NCBI GenBank assembly: GCA_027491115.1
Contig: JAIXWV010000020.1
Span: forward strand, 229,975-293,974
DNA from: Pseudomonadota bacterium
GTDB lineage: Bacteria > Bdellovibrionota > UBA1018 > CAIMNF01
Direction: 5' to 3'
DNA length: 64,000 nt
The notes below the pieces were generated by a model that was not told where the DNA came from, ran no database searches, and saw nothing but the letters and a program-made list of their open reading frames with translations. How positions within the stretch are numbered: the stretch's first letter is position 1; the number at the start of each line of letters is the position of its first letter. Shown here in pieces: positions 1-9,611 of the stretch. The position numbers and the translations under genes were made by a program.

Positions 1-2328
1 GTGGAAGAAGTCCTGGCTCGAAAGCAGCATCATCTGGGACTCCTTCTGACCCGTGGTGACATTCCTGAAGATCACACGACCGGGCAGGATCTCTACGATG
101 CCGGAGTCGTGGTTAAAATCCTGAAGCGGATCAAACTTCCCGATGGTTCGATCCAAATTCTCGTTCAGGGGCTCAAACGCTTCAAGGTCCGCAGGCTTCT
201 CTCCGAGCAACCCCACTTCGTGGTCGACGCTGAATATGCAGATGATGCGGTGCCCGAGAAAACGCTCGAGATCGACGCCCTCACCCGTTCGATCATCCAA
301 CACGTGAAAGATCTCTCGGAGACCCACCCGTTTTTCAATGAGGAGATGAAACTCGCCCTCTTGAATGCGCCTCACTCCGGTGTCGTGGCCGACATCGTCG
401 CCTTCGCGCTCGGACTGGACAAGAAAGACGCACAGGATTTCCTTGAAACCCTCCCGGTGAAATCCCGATTCGAAAAACTCCTCCTGTTCTTGAAGCGGGA
501 GCAGGATGTGGCCACCGTTCAGAAAAAAATCAACGACGAAGTGAACTCCAAGATCACGACTCTCCAGAGGGAGTTCTTTTTGCGGGAACAGCTGAAGCTC
601 ATCAAAAAAGAGCTCGGCATGGAAGAGGAAGGCAAAGACAAGAACAGCAGGACCTTCCGGGAACGGATCGCAACTGCAGGCATGCCAGAAGAAGTGCGGA
701 AGGTGGCACTCGAAGAGCTCGAAAAGTTCGAAACGCTGAGCGAGCAATCACCCGAGTACAATCTGGCACGCACCTATCTTGAAACACTTTGTTCACTTCC
801 ATGGTCCCACGAAACCGAGGATCGGCTCGAGCTCGCTCACGCTCGTGAAGTGCTCGACTCGGATCACACCGGACTCGAAAAGGTGAAGGAACGGATTCTC
901 GAATTTCTGGCAGTCCGGAATCTGCAGCGTCGACGGGACCAAAAAAGCGGCAAAGGGTCGATTCTGCTCCTGGTGGGCCCTCCCGGTGTGGGCAAGACCT
1001 CGATCGGAAAATCAGTGGCCAAGGCCATGGGACGGAACTTCTATCGTTTCTCCCTCGGAGGCATGCGGGATGAGGCTGAAATCAAGGGCCATCGCCGGAC
1101 CTATATCGGCGCCATGCCCGGAAAATTCATCCAAGCCGCCCGTCGGGCCGGCAGCAAGAACGCTGTCATTCTACTCGACGAGATCGACAAGTTGGCCTCC
1201 CACTACCAGGGCGATCCGGCCAGCGCCCTGCTTGAGGTCCTGGATCCGGAACAGAATTCCTCATTCCTCGATCATTACCTCGATGTGCCTTTTGATCTTT
1301 CCCGGATGATCTTCATCGCCACTGCCAACACCCTGCAGGGGATTCCCGCCCCTCTGCTCGATCGGATGGAAGTGATCGAGTTGAACGGCTACACCTTGGA
1401 GGAAAAAGAGAAGATCGCACGGACCCACCTCCTTCCCAAGGTACTTGAAGAAAATGCAATCGGTTCGGCCGATTTGAAGCTCGAAAAGACGGGCCTCAGA
1501 AAACTGATCCGGGACTATGCCCGTGAGCCGGGGCTCCGGATTCTCGAACAGATGCTCGCCAAGATCGCACGGAAGACCGCAACGCGGATCGTGGAACGCC
1601 GCGAGTCCCGTGAAAGAATCCGTCTTCCTGTTGTGATCCGTGACGAGGACCTCGAGACCCTGCTCGGCCCTGCCCGCCTCACCCAGGAACTCGCCGGCGC
1701 ACATCAGCTTCCCGGTGTCACGATCGGACTCGCCTGGACCGCACTCGGAGGAGACATCCTCTTTATCGAGGCGACCGAACTCCCCGGTTCGGGCCAACTC
1801 AAGCTCACCGGACAAATGGGCGACGTCATGCTCGAGAGTGCTCAGATCGCCTGGACCTTCGTGAAGAAGCGACTCCTCGACGAGATGGTGCTGACTCCGG
1901 GTCGCCTGAAAGATCGTGACCTCCATGTCCATATCCCCGCAGGCGCCATCCCGAAGGACGGTCCCTCGGCTGGCATCACCTTGGCGACGACCCTGTACTC
2001 GCTGTTCACCGGAGTGCCGGCCCGGGCCAAGACTGCCATGACCGGTGAGCTTTCGCTCACAGGTCGCGTGCTCCCGGTGGGAGGCATTCGCGAAAAACTC
2101 CTCGCTGCGCGCAGGGCCGGTGTCGAGCGGGTGATCCTGCCCCGTGAAAACCGCAGAGACCTTCATGATCTCCCCCTCGAATTGCTGAACAGCCTCGACA
2201 TCCGCTTTGTGGAGCACATCAACGAGGTGTTTCCTCTCGCCATCGGCAACCCTCCCCGTCCCAAGGTGATGAAGAAGTCACCCGTCAAGAAGCCGGCGCG
2301 TTCCGAGAGTCGGCACTTAAAGCAGTAG
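1..2328 (+). CDS. lon: ATP-dependent Lon protease, 5'-truncated by the window edge (N-terminal domain missing)
   Basis: Walker A GPPGVGKTS, AAA+ module, and the C-terminal proteolytic domain with the Ser-Lys dyad context PKDGPSAGIT. The ORF runs from position 1 with no upstream start. Confidence 0.9.
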   Translation: MEEVLARKQHHLGLLLTRGDIPEDHTTGQDLYDAGVVVKILKRIKLPDGSIQILVQGLKRFKVRRLLSEQPHFVVDAEYADDAVPEKTLEIDALTRSIIQHVKDLSETHPFFNEEMKLALLNAPHSGVVADIVAFALGLDKKDAQDFLETLPVKSRFEKLLLFLKREQDVATVQKKINDEVNSKITTLQREFFLREQLKLIKKELGMEEEGKDKNSRTFRERIATAGMPEEVRKVALEELEKFETLSEQSPEYNLARTYLETLCSLPWSHETEDRLELAHAREVLDSDHTGLEKVKERILEFLAVRNLQRRRDQKSGKGSILLLVGPPGVGKTSIGKSVAKAMGRNFYRFSLGGMRDEAEIKGHRRTYIGAMPGKFIQAARRAGSKNAVILLDEIDKLASHYQGDPASALLEVLDPEQNSSFLDHYLDVPFDLSRMIFIATANTLQGIPAPLLDRMEVIELNGYTLEEKEKIARTHLLPKVLEENAIGSADLKLEKTGLRKLIRDYAREPGLRILEQMLAKIARKTATRIVERRESRERIRLPVVIRDEDLETLLGPARLTQELAGAHQLPGVTIGLAWTALGGDILFIEATELPGSGQLKLTGQMGDVMLESAQIAWTFVKKRLLDEMVLTPGRLKDRDLHVHIPAGAIPKDGPSAGITLATTLYSLFTGVPARAKTAMTGELSLTGRVLPVGGIREKLLAARRAGVERVILPRENRRDLHDLPLELLNSLDIRFVEHINEVFPLAIGNPPRPKVMKKSPVKKPARSESRHLKQ

Positions 2329-2362
2329 CGGAGCGCCTGCCCTTCCTGCAAAATGAAAGGGC

Positions 2363-3172
2363 ATGAAAAAGCAAAAGATAGCCATCGTCGGCCTGGGAAA
2401 AATGGGTGAAGCGATCGCACAGGGCCTGATGAGCGGGAACCTGAGCGAGGACTATCAGATCAGCGGGACCACCCGGACGGAAGAATCCGCAAAAGATGCG
2501 AGAACCCGTCTCAAGATCCACTGCTCGACCGACAATTCCGAGGCATTCAATGAGGCGGACATCATCCTTCTCTCGGTGAAGCCCCACCAGGTGGAGAAGA
2601 TCTTGCGAGCGAATGCATCCCGGATCCATGAACGCCAGCTCTTGATCTCGATCTGCGCCGCCATCAGTACGGAGCAATTGTCCGAATGGAGCGGCGGCAA
2701 GGCCGCGATCATCCGGGCCATGCCGAACACGCCCTGCCTGATCAAGAGTGGCGTGACCGCCATCTGTGCGGGACCGAGGTGCGAAAAAACCCAACTCAAA
2801 ACAGCAGAAAAAATCTTCGGCGAACTCGGACTGGTGAGTGTGCTCGAAGAAAGCCTGTTTGACGGAGTGACCGGACTCTCGGGATGTGGCCCGGCGTACA
2901 TCTACCTGATGATTGAATCCCTCAGCGAGGCGGGGGTAAAAGTGGGGATTTCCCGCAAGCAGGCCACACTCCTCGCGGCCCAAACCATGATGGGTGCGGC
3001 CAAGATGGTGCTCGATCGTGAAGAGCATCCGGCTGCACTTAAAGATGAAGTCACGACCCCCGCAGGTTGCACCATCGACGGACTCATGGCTCTAGAAGAA
3101 GGCAAGCTCCGGGTGACCCTCATCAAGGCGGTCTTGGCCGCAACCAAACGCTCTAAACTGATGCGGGGCTGA
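2363..3172 (+). CDS. proC: pyrroline-5-carboxylate reductase
   Basis: N-terminal Rossmann motif IAIVGLGKMGEAIAQGL; length 269 aa and overall P5CR-like sequence. Confidence 0.85.
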   Translation: MKKQKIAIVGLGKMGEAIAQGLMSGNLSEDYQISGTTRTEESAKDARTRLKIHCSTDNSEAFNEADIILLSVKPHQVEKILRANASRIHERQLLISICAAISTEQLSEWSGGKAAIIRAMPNTPCLIKSGVTAICAGPRCEKTQLKTAEKIFGELGLVSVLEESLFDGVTGLSGCGPAYIYLMIESLSEAGVKVGISRKQATLLAAQTMMGAAKMVLDREEHPAALKDEVTTPAGCTIDGLMALEEGKLRVTLIKAVLAATKRSKLMRG

Positions 3173-3175
3173 TGC

Positions 3176-4435
3176 TCAAAATTTGACCGAATAATTCACC
3201 ATCAGGAACAGCTGACGGATGAACAAGGGCTTGTTCTCAAGATCGGGGTAAACAGGAGAAGAGTAGGTCCTTCCCGATGCGATCTGCGTGGAAGCGTTCA
3301 GATAGCGGTTCCCGACCAGGAATGCAAACTCGTCGTCGCGTTCCCTGAAAGGAGTGAAACGGATCCCTGCTCGGTAGAACAGGGTCCGCAGATCCTGCTG
3401 CCTCCTGAAGAACCAACTCACATATTCGGTTTCAGCAAAAAGGCGGTAAAACACATTGAATCGGATCTCGGCATCGGCCTGCAGAGTGAAGGTGTCGACA
3501 TCGTCGCCGTAGGCCATGATGTTCATCAATGTGGTGTAGGGTTTGTCGTTCTGGTCGTAGGCCACGAAGTTATGCATGACCCGACCCGGGAGCTGCCCCA
3601 GGATCCGACTGCCGTAATGCCGATACTGGGGCTTGATCCGGTAACCCAACATGCCCACATCTCCCTTGAACTCGGCATAAGCAAGAGAGGCCGAAGCATT
3701 GGAGTTGGCGCCGGCTTCAAGACCGTAAGAGAAACCGTTGTCGTAGACCTTGCGGCTGTAGAGGGTACCCGTCAGCCGGGGCGCACGGAAATCCGTCTGG
3801 ATTTCTTGCACCAGCACGGTCCCCCCGATCAGCCCGTTACCGAAAGACACATCCATTGTGGCCAGGCCTCCGTCGAGACGGAAACTCCCCGTTCCATCAA
3901 CCATCAGTTTGGCGGTGAATCCTTCGTCGGTCGCAGTGATCGAGCCCCCCACGGTCTCTTTCATCTCGACGAAGAGACCGGTTCCCACTGTCTGCCGGAC
4001 GATATCGCTCAGACGGAACTCCCAATCGAGCCCCAGAAAACGAGGCACCCGGTAAGTGAGCCCCACATGAGGAATCACAAAAGCCAGGAAGGTTGGGCCG
4101 TTGCTCGAGGTGCCTTGGGTCAGATCGAGTTTGACATTGATGCTCAAGTCGTCGACCGGGCGGTACTCGGACCGGAAACTCAACCAGAAGCCGTTGCCAT
4201 GATAGAAATCGAATTTGTAGAGGTTTGCATCGTTCGCACCGAGGAACATGGGCTTGAAGAAGTCGGCATCGACTGCGAACACCCACTTCTCGGTTCGTGG
4301 CAGGATCCTGAACGACTCATTCTCCACCTGACGGAAGAGGTACTCGTTCGGAGCATAATCCAAATAAGAAAGAGCCGTTCCCGGAAGGAACAGCGAGAAA
4401 AACAGAGCCGCGCCTAAGCGTCGGAGCGAATTCAC
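3176..4435 (-). CDS. outer-membrane beta-barrel protein of unknown function
   Basis: Signal peptide MNSLRRLGAALFFSLFLPGTALS, alternating amphipathic beta-strand pattern, and a terminal ...NYSVKF ending in aromatic Phe as expected for a BAM substrate. Confidence 0.5.
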   Translation of the reverse strand: MNSLRRLGAALFFSLFLPGTALSYLDYAPNEYLFRQVENESFRILPRTEKWVFAVDADFFKPMFLGANDANLYKFDFYHGNGFWLSFRSEYRPVDDLSINVKLDLTQGTSSNGPTFLAFVIPHVGLTYRVPRFLGLDWEFRLSDIVRQTVGTGLFVEMKETVGGSITATDEGFTAKLMVDGTGSFRLDGGLATMDVSFGNGLIGGTVLVQEIQTDFRAPRLTGTLYSRKVYDNGFSYGLEAGANSNASASLAYAEFKGDVGMLGYRIKPQYRHYGSRILGQLPGRVMHNFVAYDQNDKPYTTLMNIMAYGDDVDTFTLQADAEIRFNVFYRLFAETEYVSWFFRRQQDLRTLFYRAGIRFTPFRERDDEFAFLVGNRYLNASTQIASGRTYSSPVYPDLENKPLFIRQLFLMVNYSVKF

Positions 4436-4436
4436 T

Positions 4437-4658
4437 TCACAGTTCGCCGGGGAGCGGAGCTTCGTCTTCGCCCTTGTAAAGGGGCTTCACTTTGCCTGCG
4501 GCAATTTCGCGGAGGGAGGTCACGATCGTGCGGTTCTTGCACTTCACGAGAGAGTCAGAGCCCTTGAAAAGCTGGCGCGAGCGGCGGGTGGCCAGGTGGA
4601 TGAGCTCGTACATGTTATCCACGTGATCCAGACAGTCTTCGATTGTAACTCTTGCCAT
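4437..4658 (-). CDS. rpoZ: DNA-directed RNA polymerase subunit omega
   Basis: 73 aa beginning MARVTIEDC..., matching the conserved RpoZ N-terminus. Confidence 0.85.
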   Translation of the reverse strand: MARVTIEDCLDHVDNMYELIHLATRRSRQLFKGSDSLVKCKNRTIVTSLREIAAGKVKPLYKGEDEAPLPGEL

Positions 4659-4734
4659 GACAACTCTTCTCCTTGGGATTGCTAGTCTCTCGTTTGTACA
4701 CGAAAGGGCCGTCCCCTGTCCAGACGCGGCGCGT

Positions 4735-5238
4735 TTACCGCCGACTGCGCTTCATGGCCTGCTCGATCTCACGGTTCTGGCTGCGCTTTTTCTGGTCTTC
4801 CCGCTTATCGCCCTTCTTTTTGCCTTTGGCGAGAGCGATCTCGACCTTGACGCGGCCCTTCAGAAAGTACATGCGGGTCGGAACAATGGTCTTCCCGTCC
4901 TGAGTGGTCGCTCCGAAAAGCTTCCGGATCTGGTGGCTGTGCAACAGGAGTTTCCTCCGCCTCCTGGGCTCGTGGTTCCAGATGTTCCCGTGAGAGTACG
5001 GACCGATGTGAAGATTGACCAACCAGGCCTCGAGGGTCGGAGCGTTCTTCTCTCCCCGTTTTTTGTGAGTCACTTCGACAAAGGAATCCTTCAGGTTCGG
5101 ACTCTGGTTCCTGAGGCTCTTGATCTCGGTCCCCTGGAGCACGATACCGGCCTCGACAAACTCGTCGAGGAAGAAGTCGGCTCTTGCGGAAGGATTGGAG
5201 GCGATCAGCTTCTCGCCCCCGCCTTTCGTGTCACTCAT
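4735..5238 (-). CDS. smpB: SsrA-binding protein SmpB
   Basis: 167 aa with a conserved SmpB core (IASNPSARADFFLDEF...LQGTEIKSLR...) and a basic C-terminal tail. Confidence 0.9.
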   Translation of the reverse strand: MSDTKGGGEKLIASNPSARADFFLDEFVEAGIVLQGTEIKSLRNQSPNLKDSFVEVTHKKRGEKNAPTLEAWLVNLHIGPYSHGNIWNHEPRRRRKLLLHSHQIRKLFGATTQDGKTIVPTRMYFLKGRVKVEIALAKGKKKGDKREDQKKRSQNREIEQAMKRSRR

Positions 5239-5893
5239 GGGGAACCGCCACTCCCAGACTCAGGATGAGCCTGAAGGCTTCGTCCACTTTCAGACCGCTT
5301 TCGATGACCTCGCTCTCGCGAACCATGAGATGAAAACCGGCTGTCGGGTTCGGTACGGTGGGCACGAACACGCTGATGCAACCGGGAGGAAGGCCCTTGA
5401 ATGCCGCCTGGCCGGTCACAAAAGCCACGGCCCAGCATTCCTTGCGAGGGTACTCGACGAACACCACACGGTTGAACTGCTTGCCGCCGCTCGAGGACAC
5501 CGCAGAAAAAAGCTGATTCAACGAAGAATAGATCGCTCCGAAGAACGGGATCTTCTCGATTCCCTCTTTGAGCCACTCGAACACTTTGCGGCCGAAATAG
5601 AGCCTCGAAAAAAAACCGATTCCTGAGATGATCATCACACCTGAAAGCAGGACGCCGATCATCAACAGAAACTTGAGTACCCCGACAACCTCACTGGCAG
5701 GATTGTCGAAAAAGATCCGGAAGGGAACCTCTTCCATCCAGGCCATGATGCCCCCGAAGATCCATTGGAACACCACCGCCACGATCAAAATCGGAGCAAG
5801 CACGAGCAAGCCGGAAAGGAAATGGTCCTTCACGATCAGGAGGGGCTGTTTGAAGCGGCTACGGAAATCAGACACGTGCGGAGTCTCCCTCAA
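5231..5893 (-). CDS. DUF502-family membrane protein
   Basis: Two N-terminal TM helices followed by a soluble domain, typical of the DUF502 family. Confidence 0.55.
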   Translation of the reverse strand: MRETPHVSDFRSRFKQPLLIVKDHFLSGLLVLAPILIVAVVFQWIFGGIMAWMEEVPFRIFFDNPASEVVGVLKFLLMIGVLLSGVMIISGIGFFSRLYFGRKVFEWLKEGIEKIPFFGAIYSSLNQLFSAVSSSGGKQFNRVVFVEYPRKECWAVAFVTGQAAFKGLPPGCISVFVPTVPNPTAGFHLMVRESEVIESGLKVDEAFRLILSLGVAVPHE

Positions 5894-5910
5894 ATCTGAG
5901 TATCATGGAA

Positions 5911-6705
5911 TCAGCGATGTTGCCAAAGCGCGACCCACTCTTCCCATTCGAGCGCCTCCGCCCGCTTGGTCGGATCCACACCGGACTTGGTGAGAGCCTG
6001 CTGCCAAGGTGTCCCCGAGAGATTGGCCCGGAGCATCTTTCGACGGTGAGCGAAGGCAGACTTGAGAAGGGCGTTGAAGGCAGTGCGATCCTCGGGATTC
6101 GCCACCGGAATCCGCGGGTCGCTCCGACGCGTCAGCCGGACCACTTCCGACATCACCTTCGGGGCGGGACGGAAGGCTTCGGGTGGAACCAGCAGCAAGC
6201 GCTCCACATCCCACTCGTTCTGGATGTAAAGGGACAAACTGCCCCGATCGGGAGTCGAGGCATCGGCACGTAAGCGTCGGGCCACTTCAGCCTGGAACAT
6301 GAGGATCATCTCCGGAATCTGCCGCGAGCGCTCTGCCAGTTTCACCACAATGGCGGTCCCGGCCGAATAAGGAAGATTCGACACCACCACGAGGGGCCCG
6401 AGCACATCCAGAGTCTCATCGGACTGATCCAAAAAATCGCCTTTTAGGAGAGTCTGCACCCGGGACTCCCCCTGCCAGTACTCGATCAATTCCCGATCGC
6501 GCTCAGCCAGATGAAAAGGAATCTCAAGCGGCAACTGTTCGAGGAGAGGACGGGTCAAAGCACCCTTTCCGGGGCCGATTTCGAGCAACGCGTGCCCACT
6601 GTGACGTTTCACAGCTTCGATTGCCGCATCCCGGATCGAGCGGATCACACCCTCGTCCTTCAAGAAATTCTGACCGAATGCCCGCTGTTTGTCGAAAGTC
6701 GCCAT
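5911..6705 (-). CDS. rsmA: 16S rRNA (adenine1518/1519-N6)-dimethyltransferase RsmA/KsgA
   Basis: MATFDKQRAFGQNFL start, SAM-binding GPGKGALT and SNLPY motifs. The ORF-track start at 6825 is an upstream extension; I place the true start at MATFDK (about 6705), which abuts the tsaD stop. Confidence 0.85.
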   Translation of the reverse strand: MATFDKQRAFGQNFLKDEGVIRSIRDAAIEAVKRHSGHALLEIGPGKGALTRPLLEQLPLEIPFHLAERDRELIEYWQGESRVQTLLKGDFLDQSDETLDVLGPLVVVSNLPYSAGTAIVVKLAERSRQIPEMILMFQAEVARRLRADASTPDRGSLSLYIQNEWDVERLLLVPPEAFRPAPKVMSEVVRLTRRSDPRIPVANPEDRTAFNALLKSAFAHRRKMLRANLSGTPWQQALTKSGVDPTKRAEALEWEEWVALWQHR

Positions 6706-6707
6706 GG

Positions 6708-7766
6708 TCAATGCTCCGCGATCGCAAAAGCGTTCAGTTTCAGGAATCCGGACGGATCGAGTCCCTGTCCTTGGGAAAACCGGATCGCACCGGCCGCTGC
6801 GATCATGGCGGCATTGTCGGTGCAATAACGCAGGTCCGGGACGATCACAGGCACCGGAGATTCTTTCGACAAACGGGCTCGTAATCTGGAATTGGCAGCG
6901 ACTCCACCCACAACGACGATCGACTTCGCCTTCTTCTGCCGCGCGAGCAAGAGGGTCTTCTGGATCAATGGATCAAGAATGGCCTCTTGAATGCTCGCGC
7001 ATAAGTCCGGAATCGCCGCATCGAGGATCTTCTCCTGCTCGAGACGCTTGGCCAGCAACAGCACCGCGGTTTTGAGTCCACTGAAGGAAAAATCGAAACT
7101 GTCTTTTTGTTTGAGCCCCCGGGGCAGATCGAAGGCCTTCGGATCGCCATCTTTCGAAGCCTCGTCGATCCAACGCCCACCCGGATAGGGGTAGCCGAGG
7201 ATCTTCGCCGTTTTGTCAAAGGCCTCTCCGGCGGCGTCATCGATCGACCGGCCGATCAGCGAGTCCCGAAGCAAGGTGGGACTCCAGCCCTCTGGCGCGG
7301 ACTCGATGTGGTGAAGGTGCGTGTGGCCTCCAGAGACCATCAGGAACACGGCCGGAAACTCGATCCGTTTCGGGTCGTGTTTTTCGGATTGCAGGAAGGC
7401 ACTCATGAGATGCCCTTCCAGATGATGAACCGGAACGAGCGGCTTTTGCCTGGCATAGGCCATGGCTTTCGCCGCAGTCACTCCCACCAACAACGCACCG
7501 ATCAGTCCCGGACGATTGGTGACCGCGATGGCATCGAGATCCGCGATCTCGACCTTGGCCCGATCGAGAGCCTCGAAAATCACCGGCTCGATCTGCTCGA
7601 GGTGGTTCCGGGAAGCGACCTCGGGCACCACACCGCCGAAAGGTTGATGAAGTTCGATCTGCGAAAAGGTCACCACTGAAAGCGGGTTCAGGCGCTCTCC
7701 TTCATGATGAAGGACGGAGGCGCTGCACTCGTCGCAAGAAGTCTCGATACCGAGGATGACGCTCAT
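6708..7766 (-). CDS. tsaD: tRNA N6-adenosine threonylcarbamoyltransferase TsaD
   Basis: MSVILGIETSCDECSASV... Kae1/TsaD N-terminus with metal-binding His pair context; 352 aa. Confidence 0.9.
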   Translation of the reverse strand: MSVILGIETSCDECSASVLHHEGERLNPLSVVTFSQIELHQPFGGVVPEVASRNHLEQIEPVIFEALDRAKVEIADLDAIAVTNRPGLIGALLVGVTAAKAMAYARQKPLVPVHHLEGHLMSAFLQSEKHDPKRIEFPAVFLMVSGGHTHLHHIESAPEGWSPTLLRDSLIGRSIDDAAGEAFDKTAKILGYPYPGGRWIDEASKDGDPKAFDLPRGLKQKDSFDFSFSGLKTAVLLLAKRLEQEKILDAAIPDLCASIQEAILDPLIQKTLLLARQKKAKSIVVVGGVAANSRLRARLSKESPVPVIVPDLRYCTDNAAMIAAAGAIRFSQGQGLDPSGFLKLNAFAIAEH

Positions 7767-8626
7767 GGCTTGGCCTTCAGGCGTTTCTTGCCCAACATGC
7801 CCTCGGCGGTTTTCGGAAACTTGTCGACCAGCTCCGAATAGAAGGCCTTGGCCTCTTCTTTTTTCCCGAGAGCGTCGAAACTCTCTGCGATCTTCAGAAG
7901 CGCTTTCGGATGATACGAGGATTTGGGGAACTTTTCGGGGAATCGCGAGTAATCGACGATGGCCTTGTTGTACTGCTGTTTCTTAAACTGGGATTCTGCA
8001 CGGAAGAATGTGGCCTCTTCGGCTTCCTTACCCGATTCGGACGCACTCAAAGCCTGGGTGAAGAAGTGAACGGCCTCATCCAAGTTTCCGGCAAGGTAGG
8101 CGTCTTTCCCGGCTTGAAAATTCGATTTTCCTTCGGGCAAGGTCGGCACCTCAGGTGTGAGGTCCTTGAGTTGTTTTTCGAGCTGGGCGATCCGCTCTTG
8201 AGCCTTCTTGAGCGCCTCGGCGGTTGACGCCTCCGACTTCTCTTTTTCATGCCGGTATTCCTCGGCAAGTCCGGCCACACGGGCCAGCTCGGCTCGCAAC
8301 TCTTCCACGCCGTAATCGGCGGCCTCGGGCCTCAAAACCGGTACTGGAGTCGGCGACTGTGTCGCAGATGGAAGGGCGAAGGGAGGAGCCACCGAGACAG
8401 GAGCCGGCGTGGGGGCCTCGGGCGTTGGCGCAGGGGTCGGAGCCGTCTCGGGGACGACCTTGACCGGAGCGAGATCCTCGCTCTTCACAGGGCGGGCAGG
8501 TTCCTCGGCCGGAGGCGCGCCCTCCGGGCCTTCTTTCCGCATTTGATTGAGTTGCTCGCGCGTGGTCACACAAGATGACGAGAACAAAAACAGAACGAGC
8601 AACAAACGGGATCGATCAAACTTCAT
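7763..8626 (-). CDS. Tol-Pal-associated TPR lipoprotein (CpoB/YbgF-like)
   Basis: Lipoprotein signal (LFLFSSSC), Pro-rich linker, coiled-coil (AQERIAQLEKQLKDL) and C-terminal TPR repeats; sits immediately downstream of pal. Confidence 0.5.
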   Translation of the reverse strand: MKFDRSRLLLVLFLFSSSCVTTREQLNQMRKEGPEGAPPAEEPARPVKSEDLAPVKVVPETAPTPAPTPEAPTPAPVSVAPPFALPSATQSPTPVPVLRPEAADYGVEELRAELARVAGLAEEYRHEKEKSEASTAEALKKAQERIAQLEKQLKDLTPEVPTLPEGKSNFQAGKDAYLAGNLDEAVHFFTQALSASESGKEAEEATFFRAESQFKKQQYNKAIVDYSRFPEKFPKSSYHPKALLKIAESFDALGKKEEAKAFYSELVDKFPKTAEGMLGKKRLKAKP

Positions 8627-8644
8627 GTGAAGAATGTCTCACTT

Positions 8645-9088
8645 TCAGGGGGGATTGGGAACCCCACCCGGAGGAGGCGGAGGGGGGCCGCCCGGAGGTT
8701 TCGGCGCATCAAATGCGCTACCTTCGACAGGGGTCGACAAGGGTACCGGCGCATAAGAAGGGTCTGCCAGGGGGTCTGCCGGAACCAGGTCCCGCTTGGC
8801 ACCGTTCCGGATCGCCTCGAACTCAGCCCGTTCGGCATAAGCGCGGGCCTCGTCTGCGAGTTTTTTCGCAGCCTTGAAATTTTTCAGCCGGTAAGCCTGA
8901 CGAGCCTGCAGGCCCACTTCATTCGACATCCGGTACAACTCAGGCGCGAGCGTGTCGGCGTTCACTTCCTTTGCAGCGCGGATGCTGACTTCCATGTTGG
9001 ACATCTCTTGTGCTGGACGGAACGCCGTCACCGAGCAAGACGCCAAAAAAAAGGGGGCTACCAGTAGCCCCCTTTTCATGGATTTCAT
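8645..9088 (-). CDS. small lipoprotein with Pro-rich C-terminus (DUF4398-like)
   Basis: Signal plus lipobox FFLASC, helical domain, C-terminal PPGGPPPPPPGGVPNPP. Its start is trimmed so as not to run into pal. Confidence 0.4.
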   Translation of the reverse strand: MKSMKRGLLVAPFFLASCSVTAFRPAQEMSNMEVSIRAAKEVNADTLAPELYRMSNEVGLQARQAYRLKNFKAAKKLADEARAYAERAEFEAIRNGAKRDLVPADPLADPSYAPVPLSTPVEGSAFDAPKPPGGPPPPPPGGVPNPP

Positions 9089-9096
9089 TCTTCCGT

Positions 9097-9573
9097 TCAC
9101 CGTGCGGTCACGACGAAGTTCGCGCGACGGTTGCGGGCATACGCTTCTTCAGTCGTCCCTTGGTCGAGGAGTTTTTCCTTACCGAAGCTGATTACAGAAA
9201 CGCGATCGGCCGGAACGCCGAGCTCGATCAGGAATTTTTTCACCGAGTTGGCGCGCTTTTCGCCGAGAGCGACATTGTACTGGATCCCACCGCGCTGATC
9301 GCAATGGCCTTCGACTTGGATCTTGATCGAAGTCTTGTCCTTCAGGATCTGGGAGTTTGCTTTCAGAATCTCTTTAGCTTTTCCATCGAGGACGTAAGCG
9401 TCATATCCGAAGTTGATCGACTGAAGCCCCATGGCGTTGCCCCGATCGGAATCACCGATGTTCTCATCGGCATTGGCGGCGGACGCCAAGCCCGACTCAT
9501 CCGGCTTCGGCTTTTTGGAACACGCAGGCGCCGCGAGTGTGGCGGCAAGCAGCAACATGACCAGTTTATTCAT
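9097..9573 (-). CDS. pal: peptidoglycan-associated lipoprotein Pal (OmpA-family)
   Basis: Lipobox AAPAC, OmpA-like domain motifs (EGHCDQRG...NVALGEKRANSV...RRANFV). Confidence 0.85.
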   Translation of the reverse strand: MNKLVMLLLAATLAAPACSKKPKPDESGLASAANADENIGDSDRGNAMGLQSINFGYDAYVLDGKAKEILKANSQILKDKTSIKIQVEGHCDQRGGIQYNVALGEKRANSVKKFLIELGVPADRVSVISFGKEKLLDQGTTEEAYARNRRANFVVTAR

Positions 9574-9611
9574 CTTTTTGTCTCCTCAAAGGTTGGTTTA
9601 GCTCGCTCCAT

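Noticed and set aside
1261-2217. A 318-aa minus-strand ORF inside lon. There are similar long antisense ORFs inside the OMP gene (3572..4417 +), ribD (9657..10745 +), alaS (12650..13744 +), glyQS (16564..17658 -), lolC/E (29513..30109 +) and others.
   Set aside because: They lie entirely within, and antisense to, confidently identified conserved genes. They have no RBS and no motifs, and they are the shadow ORFs expected in GC-rich DNA.
4659-4734. A possible tmRNA (ssrA) next to smpB.
   Set aside because: The smpB-rpoZ gap is only about 75 nt, and no tRNA-like 3' end (GGTTCGA.TCC...CCA) is visible near smpB or in the 33.4-34.0 kb intergenic region. I found no tRNA, rRNA, RNase P or SRP RNA signatures by eye anywhere in the window. 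A covariance-model scan would be needed to be sure.
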